Positions 20,043 to 30,283 of a DNA stretch of 64,000 nucleotides are shown piece after piece. Source of the stretch: Holosporales bacterium (GTDB taxonomy: Bacteria; Pseudomonadota; Alphaproteobacteria; RUG11792); assembly GCA_031266135.1 (NCBI GenBank), contig JAISBP010000007.1, positions 617-64,616 of the forward strand. Direction: 5' to 3'. Under the pieces are notes generated by a model. It ran no database searches. It had not been told where the DNA came from and saw nothing but the letters and a program-made list of their open reading frames with translations. The position numbers and the translations under genes are program-made. Every line of letters starts with the position of its first letter. The first letter of the stretch is position 1.

Positions 20043-20117
20043 TGTACGCTCAAGCGCACTCTTGGTACCGTGCTTCCTTCCAATAATTCTGATTCCGTAG
20101 GTTTCGAAAGAAATCTA
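20004..20117 (+). repeat. RPE-like element, internally deleted, containing the RT stop codon
   Basis: The right arm CCTTCCAATAATTCTGATTCCGTAGGTTTCGAAAGAAATCTA is clear. The left arm GGTAGCTCTGAACAATCATCTTCTT matches the consensus more weakly. Confidence 0.65.
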
Positions 20118-20118
20118 T

Positions 20119-21390
20119 TCAATCTATCAGAAGATTCACAATAATGCTGAGCGGGATGATGATGACGGCAGCCCATCCCATATACCATAGAAACGACGGC
20201 ATCTTTACTCCGTTTTTTTGTGCTATTGATTTGACCATCATATTTGGAGCATTCCCGATATAGGTCATCGATCCCATGACAACCGCACTCACAGAAATGG
20301 CCTTCAGAATATTGGGAGAAGAAGTCATGAGCTCAGATGCATCGCCACCGGCCATATTGAAGAACAACAGATATGACGGAGCATTATCCAGGAACGAAGA
20401 CGCCAGCGCACACATTGAAAAATAGATAGTAGATTCATCGAAATACTGTTTCCATTCATCAATCTGTCGATGAAGTAAATCTGAATTGGTTTCGAGAGTA
20501 AATAGAACCGGAGCAATCACTATAAATATTACAAAGAACGTGATGGCGACCTCACGGAATGGTACTAGATCAATTGTATGACCTCTCTCAGAGTTTCTTC
20601 TAAATATTATGGAAATAATACTTGTAGTAATTAACAATATACTACGCATCATAATCCCTATAGAATCAATAAACAATATAAAAATCGTAGATATTATTAA
20701 ACATATATTCAAGACGCCAAAAATTTCAATTCGTTGGCTATAGACCTTCTCTTCACTTGGCAATGGATTGTCTTTTAGCATTCTGCAATCTATTAAATAT
20801 AAGATCGTAAGGCATGGTATTAGGTATATCAGCCAATAGATAAATAAGTTCTCAATTTCCCATAGAAAATGTACTCCCTTGAGGTATCCGATCAGAAGCG
20901 GAGGGTCTCCCAGTGGGGTGAGTATTCCCCCAATATTTGAAACTAAAAATATAAAAAATATTACGAGGTGAGTCTTATTTTCTCGCGATTTATTCATTGC
21001 TAAGAAAGGGCGCAAGAACAATATTGAGGCTCCGGTCGTCCCTATTAGTGATGAAAAGACACTGCTACCTCCGAGAAATATGATGTTGGCCATCGTACTC
21101 GGCCTACGTTGAATACTAATGTGAATACCGTTGCTCAATACATAGAGTGTAAAAAGTGTAATAATAAATGGAATATAATCATCTGTTATTACGTTCTTTA
21201 ATATTGTGACGGACTTATCTGAAATCAATGAAAAGGAAATTACAGAAATAATAGATAATAAAACTAATATTATGGTTTCATATTTGTGCCAGAATTTTGG
21301 AAGAATTAAAGGTAACAGAGCCATCGATAGTAACAAAATAACTAACGGCAATGATAACGCAATTACCTGAAATGTATTTAAAAGCTGCAC
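20119..21390 (-). CDS. NhaD/ArsB-family ion transporter (putative Na+/H+ antiporter)
   Basis: 423 aa, polytopic, with GDPPLLIGY and FLDNAPSYLLF motifs. Confidence 0.6.
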   Translation of the reverse strand: MQLLNTFQVIALSLPLVILLLSMALLPLILPKFWHKYETIILVLLSIISVISFSLISDKSVTILKNVITDDYIPFIITLFTLYVLSNGIHISIQRRPSTMANIIFLGGSSVFSSLIGTTGASILFLRPFLAMNKSRENKTHLVIFFIFLVSNIGGILTPLGDPPLLIGYLKGVHFLWEIENLFIYWLIYLIPCLTILYLIDCRMLKDNPLPSEEKVYSQRIEIFGVLNICLIISTIFILFIDSIGIMMRSILLITTSIISIIFRRNSERGHTIDLVPFREVAITFFVIFIVIAPVLFTLETNSDLLHRQIDEWKQYFDESTIYFSMCALASSFLDNAPSYLLFFNMAGGDASELMTSSPNILKAISVSAVVMGSMTYIGNAPNMMVKSIAQKNGVKMPSFLWYMGWAAVIIIPLSIIVNLLID

Positions 21391-21391
21391 T

Positions 21392-21862
21392 CTATTCTAT
21401 AACGAGGAGGAGCTGGCCATACTCAACTGGATCCCCACTTTTAACAGCAATATGTATGACTTGACCGGATCTTTGAGCCTTCATCAAATTCATGACCTTC
21501 ATTGCCTCAATGATCAAAATGGATTGTCCTTCCTGTACGGTATCACCAACGGATATGAAGTTTTGGGCCCCAGGTTCCGGGGCAAGATAACAGGTGCCAA
21601 CCATCGGAGATTTCATGGCTCCTTGATGTTCTCCGAAATTAACTGGATTATCCTCTTGAGACTTCACAATTACCTTCTGATCCTCATGATTAACCGGAAG
21701 ATCCATTTTTGGCACATACACAGGATGCTGATACTCGCGATCTCTTTTGCCAAGGATTCTGATCTTTATATCACCTTGTTGGTATTCTATTTCCTTGAGT
21801 TCGTGCTTCTTCAAAATTTCCGCTAACTTATCGAAGATTGACTCATCTATCTTAAAGGGCAC
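21392..21862 (-). CDS. accB: acetyl-CoA carboxylase biotin carboxyl carrier protein
   Basis: C-terminal biotinyl domain with the EAMKVMN motif. Confidence 0.85.
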   Translation of the reverse strand: MPFKIDESIFDKLAEILKKHELKEIEYQQGDIKIRILGKRDREYQHPVYVPKMDLPVNHEDQKVIVKSQEDNPVNFGEHQGAMKSPMVGTCYLAPEPGAQNFISVGDTVQEGQSILIIEAMKVMNLMKAQRSGQVIHIAVKSGDPVEYGQLLLVIE

Positions 21863-21865
21863 AAC

Positions 21866-22573
21866 TTAAACTCCTCGAGTATCGGAGAAACAGTGATTAA
21901 TTATTTCGTCTGTTATTTTATGAATATCATCTTCAATTCTGAATAATTCCAAATGCTGCTCCCCTATGACTCCCTCAGCAATCGCCGAATCTTTTAACCA
22001 CTCTAGTAATCCGTTCCAGAATCGTGATCCGAAGAGGTAAATCGGAATCTTCTGCATCATTTCTATTTTTTCTCTGACGAGTAACGAAAATAACTCTTCG
22101 AACGTTCCGAATCCTCCCGGGAAGAATATAACGGCGTCACTGTTTGATATCAACGTTAATAATCTAAGTGATAAGGTGCTGAAAACGAAACGTCTATTCT
22201 GATTAATATAACTATTACTTCCTGAGAACTCATTACGAATTGCACTAACGAGAATACCGTACGAACGATTGTTGGATGCTCCTTTATTGGCGGCCTCCAT
22301 TATACCAGGGCCACCACCAGTCATAACAGCGCAGCCGGCTGAAGAGACAGCTTCTGCCAATGAAACGGCCTGTTCATAATAGAATGATCCAGGCTGAATA
22401 TTGCTCCCACCAAAAAACGCTATGAGCCTATCATCAGTGCGAGATATTATACGACTCATCTCTAAGTCATGAATAAACACATCAGAATTCGCCGATAGCT
22501 CAAGGCCATTCGGCCTATCAGGAATCTCAACCTCGTCATCAAAGACGATCTTATTTACAGCTAATCTACGCAT
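21866..22573 (-). CDS. LOG-family (TIGR00730) nucleotide-binding protein
   Basis: GGGPGIMEAANKG and PGGFGTFEELFS motifs. Confidence 0.8.
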   Translation of the reverse strand: MRRLAVNKIVFDDEVEIPDRPNGLELSANSDVFIHDLEMSRIISRTDDRLIAFFGGSNIQPGSFYYEQAVSLAEAVSSAGCAVMTGGGPGIMEAANKGASNNRSYGILVSAIRNEFSGSNSYINQNRRFVFSTLSLRLLTLISNSDAVIFFPGGFGTFEELFSLLVREKIEMMQKIPIYLFGSRFWNGLLEWLKDSAIAEGVIGEQHLELFRIEDDIHKITDEIINHCFSDTRGV

Positions 22574-22585
22574 ACAACCTCTCTT

Positions 22586-24487
22586 TTATTGTGGTTGGCT
22601 TTGTTGATTACTCATTGGCATTCCAACGAGCATATTCAATGTGCTATGTACGTATTCTTTCTGCTGCATCCATTCTTCGAATGACTTACCATTGATGCTC
22701 ACCACACCGTTCTTCATTATAGTTATAACGAACTTCACTGCAGTTTCTCTAAAAGCAAGACTCTCAAAGTAAGCCTTTTCTCTTGGATCAGATAATGAAG
22801 GTAGAGATATTGGCCTCCTATCAGAAGTATACATAATTGCATAATTTCCACCTTTGACACCGAACTGCCCCCCATTAACTTCGACTATCTCTTTGCAACA
22901 CGTTCCAGGAGCGCATTTCTTAACTAGAGACCAAAGTTCTGGAGGAGTTCCTCGCTTCCTGATATAACCAAGATCGATAGCCTCGTGATTCTTCAACTGC
23001 TCATTGAACTTATCTGAAAACTTAACATCTCCGCCTAGAATTTCGCTCAGAGCGGCCGATGCGTCCTCCTTCGTCTTGAAGAAAATCAGTTTAACAGCAA
23101 TCTCGTGATCATTCTTATCTTCCTCAGGTATTGATTGTATGTATTTTTTGTATACTTTCTTGGTATCTTCTGGAGTCACTTTTATACTAGCCTGAATGAA
23201 TTGCTGAACGGCCTCCATAGTTCTAATTTGATTACACTTCTCCACTACCTCATGCTCTTTATTAAATTTGGTTTCGAAAGCTTCTTTCCCTAAGACTAAA
23301 TCATCTACAAGAACTTTCACGGCGTAAGATATTACCTCCTCAAGTGAAATATTAAATTGACGAGACATTGAAAGAAAAACCTCGCTATACAACGAATCAA
23401 CCTTATAAAATGATTTTACATCCTTAACACAAACTGTTTTATCTCCAACATTCGCTAGCACTTGAGTATCTTTAATCTTCGATAAATTACTCATACCTTT
23501 ATCTTTCTTATTTGGATCGTGCTTAAACGGGTCTCGTTGTGTTCCCTTGAGATCACGGAATATCACCTTAAACTTCCCATATAACTTTTTCATAAATAAA
23601 TTAACGTATTCTTTGCTCTTCATTTCCTTGGATGAATTAAAAAGATCCTGAGTGAATTCTTTCTTTGCCGCCTTACGAATATCTTGCACAAAAAACAACA
23701 TGAAAGCTCCACCAAGCTCGAATGGTCCAACTGTAGCCCCTTTTCCTGCCTCCTTAACTGCGGTAACAATTTCCGGAGGAAACATAGCCTGATTTCTAGG
23801 TCCGAGTTCCATGTATTTGGTGGTATCCTTGTTACTATCTAGCAGTTTTTTCAGTGATTCCACTTCCCATCGCCCATCTTCTGCCTTTAATCTAGAAACT
23901 ACAGTACCGCTAGTTGTATTAATTGCAATTAGAGTAAATTCTTTCGAATTCTTACCTTGCTCATCCCATTTTTTATCGTATATCTTTTTTGCTTGCTCGA
24001 ATGTTACTTCTTCCATTGATTTCTTTTCGAGCAGCAGTAAGCCAACTGCAGTCTTAATTCTTGCATCAATAATTTCTTTAACTTTCGAATCCTTCAAGAT
24101 CCCAGCTTTTTTAGCGGCTCCATACATGACTCTGCTAAATGCCGCTTTCCAAGCCAACAAATTCCTAATGTCTACATACGACATTTTGGCAGCAAGTTGT
24201 GGCGGGACCTCTTCAAGATCCTTATTTATCTGGTCTTCCGTTACTGTTGCTCCGTCTTTGAATACCACGACTGTCTTCCCAGCAGGCTTCTCCGCTTTTG
24301 CTTTCTTTTTCTTTGGATGATGTGCCGATGGCTTCTTATCAGATACTGTCGGTTTTTTCGCTTTGGGAGTTTCTTCGGTCTTAAACCAATCCCTAATCAG
24401 AGAAAATGCATTTCCGTCTCCAGAAAATAAAACCAAGAAAACGAGGCAAGACAACAACGTTGCGAAAAACGTCTTTTTAATATTCAT
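22586..24487 (-). CDS. periplasmic PpiD/SurA-like chaperone with a Lys-rich linker
   Basis: Signal or anchor MNIKKTFFATLLSCLVFLVLF. The overall layout resembles SurA-N/PpiD proteins, but I could not recognise a PPIase core confidently. Confidence 0.5.
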   Translation of the reverse strand: MNIKKTFFATLLSCLVFLVLFSGDGNAFSLIRDWFKTEETPKAKKPTVSDKKPSAHHPKKKKAKAEKPAGKTVVVFKDGATVTEDQINKDLEEVPPQLAAKMSYVDIRNLLAWKAAFSRVMYGAAKKAGILKDSKVKEIIDARIKTAVGLLLLEKKSMEEVTFEQAKKIYDKKWDEQGKNSKEFTLIAINTTSGTVVSRLKAEDGRWEVESLKKLLDSNKDTTKYMELGPRNQAMFPPEIVTAVKEAGKGATVGPFELGGAFMLFFVQDIRKAAKKEFTQDLFNSSKEMKSKEYVNLFMKKLYGKFKVIFRDLKGTQRDPFKHDPNKKDKGMSNLSKIKDTQVLANVGDKTVCVKDVKSFYKVDSLYSEVFLSMSRQFNISLEEVISYAVKVLVDDLVLGKEAFETKFNKEHEVVEKCNQIRTMEAVQQFIQASIKVTPEDTKKVYKKYIQSIPEEDKNDHEIAVKLIFFKTKEDASAALSEILGGDVKFSDKFNEQLKNHEAIDLGYIRKRGTPPELWSLVKKCAPGTCCKEIVEVNGGQFGVKGGNYAIMYTSDRRPISLPSLSDPREKAYFESLAFRETAVKFVITIMKNGVVSINGKSFEEWMQQKEYVHSTLNMLVGMPMSNQQSQPQ

Positions 24488-24877
24488 CGTGGCAATTAAC
24501 CGACATAACAACTACATGCAATGCATTGTAACACAAAAAATTAGAGACTTAAATGAAGATTTCATATTCTCCTTCTTCGGAATATTGTCAAACTTAAGTA
24601 ATGGCACATAGAATAAATAATAATACGAGGAGGGTATTGTAGATAGATTCCCAGTTATAATAAAATATTTTCTTTCCTCTTGATTAACAGCCCAGTAAAC
24701 AAGGAACGAGACCGCGTGCATGCAAAGCGATACATTTCTGCTTAAATAGTTATAGTTGGCCATAACATGAAAAAAGATGAAAAAAGCACCAGATCTTTGA
24801 GAAGGATTATGAAGCGATCTTATCTCGGAGATTACTAGTGGAATATACTAGAAATCTATTGCTGAGATAACGAATAT

Positions 24878-25624
24878 GTGTACAATCACACATGTGATTT
24901 GGACAAGTTTTCCGCAATGCCTGCAGTGTCCCATACATTGAGATCAGTTTTCTTTTATTTTATATTCTGGCCAGTTATTGCTGTCTATATGATTTCGTTC
25001 TATCCGCTGACGTTACTTTCTTCAAGAAAAGTATCCCTAAGCGTTTCGTGTAACATCGCTAAATGGCTTACATTTTGTTTAAAAAACATTGCCAAAATAA
25101 ATTACGAAATAAAAAATTGGGATTTTTTAGAAAAAACTATAAAACAAAATAGAGTGGTCATCGGATGTAATCATCAATCTTCATGGGAAACATTTATTTT
25201 CCCGATGCTTCTAGAAAATTTATCGATCGTAATAAAGAAAGAGCTATTAAGCGTTCCGATTGCCGGCCTTTATTGCAGAAAACTAGGGTGCATTCCAGTC
25301 GATAGATCATCACCAGTTTTGGCGATTAAGAGTCTCATTAAATACGGGAAATTAGCCGTTGAAACTGGCAATAACATACTCATATTTCCAAATGGGACCA
25401 GAAGTTCTTCTGTGCAGACAGATTATAAAAGTGGAATATTTGCGCTTTACAAAACTCTTAATATTCCAGTAATACCAGCCAGCGTTAATTCTGGCAAATT
25501 TTGGCCAAGACGGGCTTTGCTTAAATTTCCTGGAACGATAACTCTAGTTTTTCATGAACCAATACAGCCAGGTCTTGATAAATCAGCTTTTTTTGAGGCC
25601 TTTAAGAACAGAATGGTTGAATAA
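24878..25624 (+). CDS. plsC: 1-acyl-sn-glycerol-3-phosphate acyltransferase
   Basis: NHQSSWE (HX4D-type block) and FPNGTRS motifs. The start is uncertain (GTG at 24878 or ATG at 24917). Confidence 0.8.
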   Translation: MYNHTCDLDKFSAMPAVSHTLRSVFFYFIFWPVIAVYMISFYPLTLLSSRKVSLSVSCNIAKWLTFCLKNIAKINYEIKNWDFLEKTIKQNRVVIGCNHQSSWETFIFPMLLENLSIVIKKELLSVPIAGLYCRKLGCIPVDRSSPVLAIKSLIKYGKLAVETGNNILIFPNGTRSSSVQTDYKSGIFALYKTLNIPVIPASVNSGKFWPRRALLKFPGTITLVFHEPIQPGLDKSAFFEAFKNRMVE

Positions 25625-25696
25625 TATGAACTTTTTAATTTAAGATTTATAAGAACATTGAGGCATTATTAAGATTTATTTCTGGAGATGTAATTT

Positions 25697-26530
25697 TTGG
25701 AGTATACTGAAACTATTCGGCAGATTATCTCGCGGTATGACCTTTTAAAAGATAAGTATCGATCAAAGCATTTTGGACAACACTTCCTTTGCGACCAGTC
25801 CCTTCTCGATAAAATAGCGAGGTGTGCATTACCGTTTGATGATGCAGATATCGTAGAAATAGGGCCAGGGCCATGTGGATTAACGCGGTCTATCATTGGG
25901 TTGTGCAAAACGAATAAAGTTTATTGTATAGAAAAAGACTATACTCTCGAACAACTACACCGTAACGTTTTAGATGGAGTAAGTAATTGCCACATCATTT
26001 ACGGCGATGCCCTCAAGATTATACCCCAATCATTGACACCTAGTAAGATCATTATTATATCAAATCTTCCATATAATGTCGGCACTCAGCTTCTTATTAA
26101 TTGGCTCCTTAATTTACGAAACATTGAAAGGATGGTCCTAATGTTTCAGAAAGAAGTGGCCGATAGGATTTGCGCTTCTCCATGCACTAAGGAATACGGA
26201 AGATTAAGTATTATATCTCAGCTGCTATGCAGAGTTGAAAAACTGTTCCCAGTATCGAGGTTGGCATTCTATCCGCAGCCACAAGTTAATTCCTTCGTCA
26301 TTAGGTTAACACCAAAAAATGCAGAAATTAAAAACATTGATAATCTGCAGAAATTAACTCAATATTGCTTTCAACATCGTAGGAAAATGATTAATTCAAT
26401 ACTAAGATACTATTACAACGAATCTAATATTGAATTAATTCTTAGGAAATGCGCAATCGAGAAGACTGTACGCCCTGAAGAAATCTCACCCTTAAAGTTT
26501 TTGGAATTGTCTCAATATCTTGACATATAG
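25697..26530 (+). CDS. rsmA: 16S rRNA (adenine1518/1519-N6)-dimethyltransferase
   Basis: KHFGQHFL, the SAM motif EIGPGPCGLT and NLPYNVGT. TTG start. Confidence 0.9.
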   Translation: MEYTETIRQIISRYDLLKDKYRSKHFGQHFLCDQSLLDKIARCALPFDDADIVEIGPGPCGLTRSIIGLCKTNKVYCIEKDYTLEQLHRNVLDGVSNCHIIYGDALKIIPQSLTPSKIIIISNLPYNVGTQLLINWLLNLRNIERMVLMFQKEVADRICASPCTKEYGRLSIISQLLCRVEKLFPVSRLAFYPQPQVNSFVIRLTPKNAEIKNIDNLQKLTQYCFQHRRKMINSILRYYYNESNIELILRKCAIEKTVRPEEISPLKFLELSQYLDI

Positions 26531-26547
26531 GCTCTCTGCCGTAGTAT

Positions 26548-26636
26548 TAGGCCCATTTCGTAACCTTCATAATCAGCTTCTTGGTGTACACGAAAGTATA
26601 CTACGCTTCTATGCGTCGTCTTTATTCCCAATAATG
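26548..26636 (+). repeat. RPE-like element, truncated or degenerate
   Basis: TAGGCCCATTTCGTAACCTTCATAATCAGCTTCTTGG ... TATTCCCAATAATG. It lies between convergent rsmA and rlpA. Confidence 0.65.
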
Positions 26637-26668
26637 TATCAACTCACGATAGAAATATAGTGATGACT

Positions 26669-27343
26669 CTAAATATAACTTCCGAGACGCTTGGGCTTCC
26701 TCTTTCCTCGCACTGGTTCATCAGTGGGCATTTTATGGGCAGCATAATACTGTGGTCGAATTCCAAGGATTTCCTGAAAATATAATTGGGCCCATGTTCG
26801 ACCGAATGGGTCCTTTCTTCTTTTGCAATAGGAATGTATATAGCGAGATAGGTTCAGACTGTCCGAAACTAGGCACTGTACTCTGACCATCGATGGTTTA
26901 AGCCGCGATACACCAAGATTTTTAGCGGCTCCATAAGATAAATCTATAATGCGGCCTCGATAGCCGTATGGCCCCCTATCATCAACTACCACTATAATCG
27001 ATTTACCATTCACTAAACTCGTTACCTTGACCACAGATGGAAGTGGAAGAGTTCTATGAGCCGCTGTCATAGTTAATTTATTGAACGCCTCCCCAGTGGC
27101 CTTTGGCTTACCATGACATTCCGGACCATACCATGAAGCAAGCCCAGTTTCATCGTATTCATAATGGGTTTGTGGATAGTACCAGGAGCCCCTCACGAAA
27201 TATGGTCTGCATGAAATACGTGTTGGTCCAGCTGGAGTTTTTACGGGCGTGCATCCGTAAAGAATGGCTATAATTCCAATAACTAATATACACCTTTCCA
27301 AATTCTTCACGATAAACCTTTCATCTAGCTCTCTTCCTAACAA
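26669..27343 (-). CDS. rlpA: RlpA-family septal lytic transglycosylase (DPBB domain)
   Basis: GLASWYGPECHGKPKATGEAFN....TAAHRTLPLPS.VKVT....GKSIIVVVDDRGPY. Confidence 0.8.
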   Translation of the reverse strand: MLGRELDERFIVKNLERCILVIGIIAILYGCTPVKTPAGPTRISCRPYFVRGSWYYPQTHYEYDETGLASWYGPECHGKPKATGEAFNKLTMTAAHRTLPLPSVVKVTSLVNGKSIIVVVDDRGPYGYRGRIIDLSYGAAKNLGVSRLKPSMVRVQCLVSDSLNLSRYIHSYCKRRKDPFGRTWAQLYFQEILGIRPQYYAAHKMPTDEPVRGKRKPKRLGSYI

Positions 27344-27441
27344 TTCTTAGGAAGAATACAAATGTACCCGTCAAAAATAACCCTTACGAGAGGATGGGAT
27401 CCATTATAATATAGCCGAAATTATTTTGTATTCTAAATCTA

Positions 27442-28593
27442 ATGAAGAAGCTGAATATTCAAATCCTGGAGAATCTCATTGGATTCAATACGGTGACTCC
27501 CAACGGGGAGAAAGCCATTAAATATTGCTCCAGTCTACTGGGAAATCTCGGATTTCAGTGCTACGAACTAAATTATAATGGAGTAAGTAACCTATACGCT
27601 AAGTTGGGTAACTTTGATCGGAATCTATGCTTTGCGGGACATGTTGATGTTGTGCCACCATGCGGTGACTGGAGCGTTGATCCATTCATTCTAACACGCC
27701 GGGACGGTAAATGTTACGGAAGAGGTGCCAACGATATGAAGGGGCCATTATCGGCCTGCCTATCCGCCATCAGTAAATTTGTTTGCTCCAATACCAATAC
27801 TTGTATACCATTTTCTATTAGTATGATACTCACGAGTGATGAAGAAATAATGGGAGGGAACGGCACGAATAAAGTAATCGATTTTCTAAAGGCAAAAAAT
27901 GAAAAAATAACTGGGTGCATTTTGTGTGAAAGCTGTTCTCCTGGGGATAAGTCTGGTAATTACATTAAGATCGGGTGTCGAGGAAGTCTCAACGTTGATC
28001 TAATATCGTATGGGGCTCAATGTCACGTTGTAAACGGCAGTGCTTTCGGGAATCATATTCATAAATTTATTTCAGATTTACATGAATTACTTCATAAAAC
28101 CCTGGATACAGGTGATGATATATTCCCACCGTCAAGTATCGAAATAACATCTATAGATACCGGCAATGATGTTCGGAATGTTATACCAAGTCAATTACAT
28201 GCCAAATTAAATATCAGATTTAATAGAGCTTGGAGTTTTGAGGATTTGGAGAAATATATTGTAGATAGCTTTCCGGGTAATATTGAAGTTATATTCGAGA
28301 GATTTAGAGGGCCCATCATCTGTGCTCAGCCAGAATTCATTTCATATATTAGAGAATCGATTACAGAAATCACTGGTAGTGCCCCAGAAGTCGGTGCATT
28401 CGGTGGAAATTCAGATGCAATTTTCATTGGAGATATCACGGATGTTGTAGAGGTTGGATCTCCTGTAATCGGGGCACATACCATCGATGAATGTATCGAC
28501 GAAGAACAACTAGATCTCCTCGAGCAAATTTATTTAAGAATATTACAGAAAACGGATGAACTAGAAAGATCAGACAACTCCCCGTTTAGTTAA
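27442..28593 (+). CDS. dapE: succinyl-diaminopimelate desuccinylase (M20 family)
   Basis: FAGHVDVVP, GRGANDMKG and SDEE motifs. 383 aa. Confidence 0.85.
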   Translation: MKKLNIQILENLIGFNTVTPNGEKAIKYCSSLLGNLGFQCYELNYNGVSNLYAKLGNFDRNLCFAGHVDVVPPCGDWSVDPFILTRRDGKCYGRGANDMKGPLSACLSAISKFVCSNTNTCIPFSISMILTSDEEIMGGNGTNKVIDFLKAKNEKITGCILCESCSPGDKSGNYIKIGCRGSLNVDLISYGAQCHVVNGSAFGNHIHKFISDLHELLHKTLDTGDDIFPPSSIEITSIDTGNDVRNVIPSQLHAKLNIRFNRAWSFEDLEKYIVDSFPGNIEVIFERFRGPIICAQPEFISYIRESITEITGSAPEVGAFGGNSDAIFIGDITDVVEVGSPVIGAHTIDECIDEEQLDLLEQIYLRILQKTDELERSDNSPFS

Positions 28594-28737
28594 TTCTTTA
28601 TGCAAGAAACATAAAGGATCAAGATTAACGCATCAATGAAGACGGATTATAAAGATGGTGTGGACAATCCTATCGTGTGCCGGGCAATCCAAGATTTTGG
28701 ATCGCCCATGATACTCTGTTTTGTTCATCCAGAACCG

Positions 28738-30162
28738 TTATTCTGGTGTCTCTGGCTCCCACCCCGCTCGGACTCGGTCTCTCTGCTCCTGGAGCTCGGT
28801 AATAAGCGCATCGAAAGCTGGTATTTGGCCCACCACATTTACCAGAACCTTTGGGTTTTGGTATTTCCGCATATTTAATCTGGGAAGAAATCTTGCGGTT
28901 CTCTGTATTTCTTGCACGATGCTAGTAAATTCCGCTATAGCATCAGGATCTCCTGGACCAATTCTTGTCCGGCAATCCGGCAAATTAATACGATCTTCTA
29001 ATTTAAGATACCATCTTCCATCAGACGCTCTTTCCTTTGATGCATCTCCATAATTGTGATATACGAATGATATTATCTGACGCTTGGATGGACTAAATGG
29101 ATGCTGTGGAGATTGCTGTGCGGTGAAGCTCTTAAACTGTCTAGAATCTTGAATTGGAGGATTAAGCAATATGGTTAGTAATTCAAGTTGCTCCTTTTGA
29201 CCAACTATATGCTCTACTTGTCCCGTAAAGAAGGATATTCGAAGCGAATCCAGTTCTGGAAAACAGGATCTCAAAAAAAGTGTAAAAGGATCTTCTGTTA
29301 GTACTATATTCGCTTGAAGTCTAGGCAAGAATTCACTTAGTTTTGTTTCATCAGAATTAGGAACACATTGAGCTACCGTAGTGAACTCATCAAAAGGTGT
29401 ATCTGAAGGAACCACAGCAAAACCATCTTTCGGATCTCTCGGTGGTTGAAGGATTTGTATCAACCAATCTCGCACATGCGGAGGACACGAACCTAAACGA
29501 TGCTGTGTATACTCAACGCTACCGGGCTCTGGGCCATGTGCCAGCGTTCCCATGATACTGTGGGCCAATTCTAGAATAGCCGGATCAGCTATTTGTTGGC
29601 AATTTATCTGGATATAGCGTTGATGAATAAACCAGTTGTGAGCAGCTGGACAAAAAATGTCAGGAATTACAGAAACCTCGAAATACAGTGCCCCGGCGAC
29701 ATTGGCCAACGCTTCCGGGAGCGTAAAGCGTATTCCATTCCTCTGGGCCTCATGATCCGTTATCACGTGAATTTTGCAGTTCCCGGAGAACAGGTGACAC
29801 CCGAGGAGAAACTCCACAGGGGACAAGCTAGACTTCAGAGCATCCAACTGACCGACACAGTCTGTTAGAGCATTCCCCACAGGTCCATTGCCACCTCCGA
29901 AGGCTATAACGGATTTGATTATGAGTGTTCTAAACGGCCCCCTTTCGTATAGTTTCTTGACGGACTGGTCCTTCAGCAGCCACGTTACCTTTACAGCATC
30001 TGGGTTAACCAACCTAGATTCGTTGACTAGGTTGACTTCGGGGAGAGGAGGCATACCGGCCCGCGGATCCCTGGTAGCCTGTGCCAAGCTCATGCCCCCT
30101 AACATCATGATGACCGTCGACACGATGCCTTTATAGTGGAGCCTCGCTTTATTTAACTTCAT
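28738..30162 (-). CDS. MKLNK-leader secreted protein family, member C (most divergent)
   Basis: 474 aa with the signal peptide MKLNKARLHYKGIVSTVIMMLGGMSLAQA and a C-terminal IGPGDP block shared with the two neighbours. Confidence 0.7.
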   Translation of the reverse strand: MKLNKARLHYKGIVSTVIMMLGGMSLAQATRDPRAGMPPLPEVNLVNESRLVNPDAVKVTWLLKDQSVKKLYERGPFRTLIIKSVIAFGGGNGPVGNALTDCVGQLDALKSSLSPVEFLLGCHLFSGNCKIHVITDHEAQRNGIRFTLPEALANVAGALYFEVSVIPDIFCPAAHNWFIHQRYIQINCQQIADPAILELAHSIMGTLAHGPEPGSVEYTQHRLGSCPPHVRDWLIQILQPPRDPKDGFAVVPSDTPFDEFTTVAQCVPNSDETKLSEFLPRLQANIVLTEDPFTLFLRSCFPELDSLRISFFTGQVEHIVGQKEQLELLTILLNPPIQDSRQFKSFTAQQSPQHPFSPSKRQIISFVYHNYGDASKERASDGRWYLKLEDRINLPDCRTRIGPGDPDAIAEFTSIVQEIQRTARFLPRLNMRKYQNPKVLVNVVGQIPAFDALITELQEQRDRVRAGWEPETPE

Positions 30163-30214
30163 ATCCTGTCCTCCTTTAGCATTCTAAATGAACATTACAT
30201 TTTAATTTTGCAAT

Positions 30215-30244
30215 GATATAACACTTTTCTATTTCTCCCGTCTA
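30215..30244 (-). promoter_or_regulatory. putative sigma70-type promoter of family member C
   Basis: On the coding strand, TAGACG-N18-TATATC. The block is conserved upstream of all three paralogues. AGGAGG RBS before the ATG. Confidence 0.4.
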
Positions 30245-30283
30245 GCCTCTTATGAATCTTTTGTAGAGGCGCTGCATCCGCAT

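Noticed and set aside
24512-24763. 83-aa minus-strand ORF between the ppiD-like gene and plsC
   Set aside because: It is AT-rich and Tyr/Phe/Asn-heavy, with no RBS or motif. It most likely lies in a promoter region.
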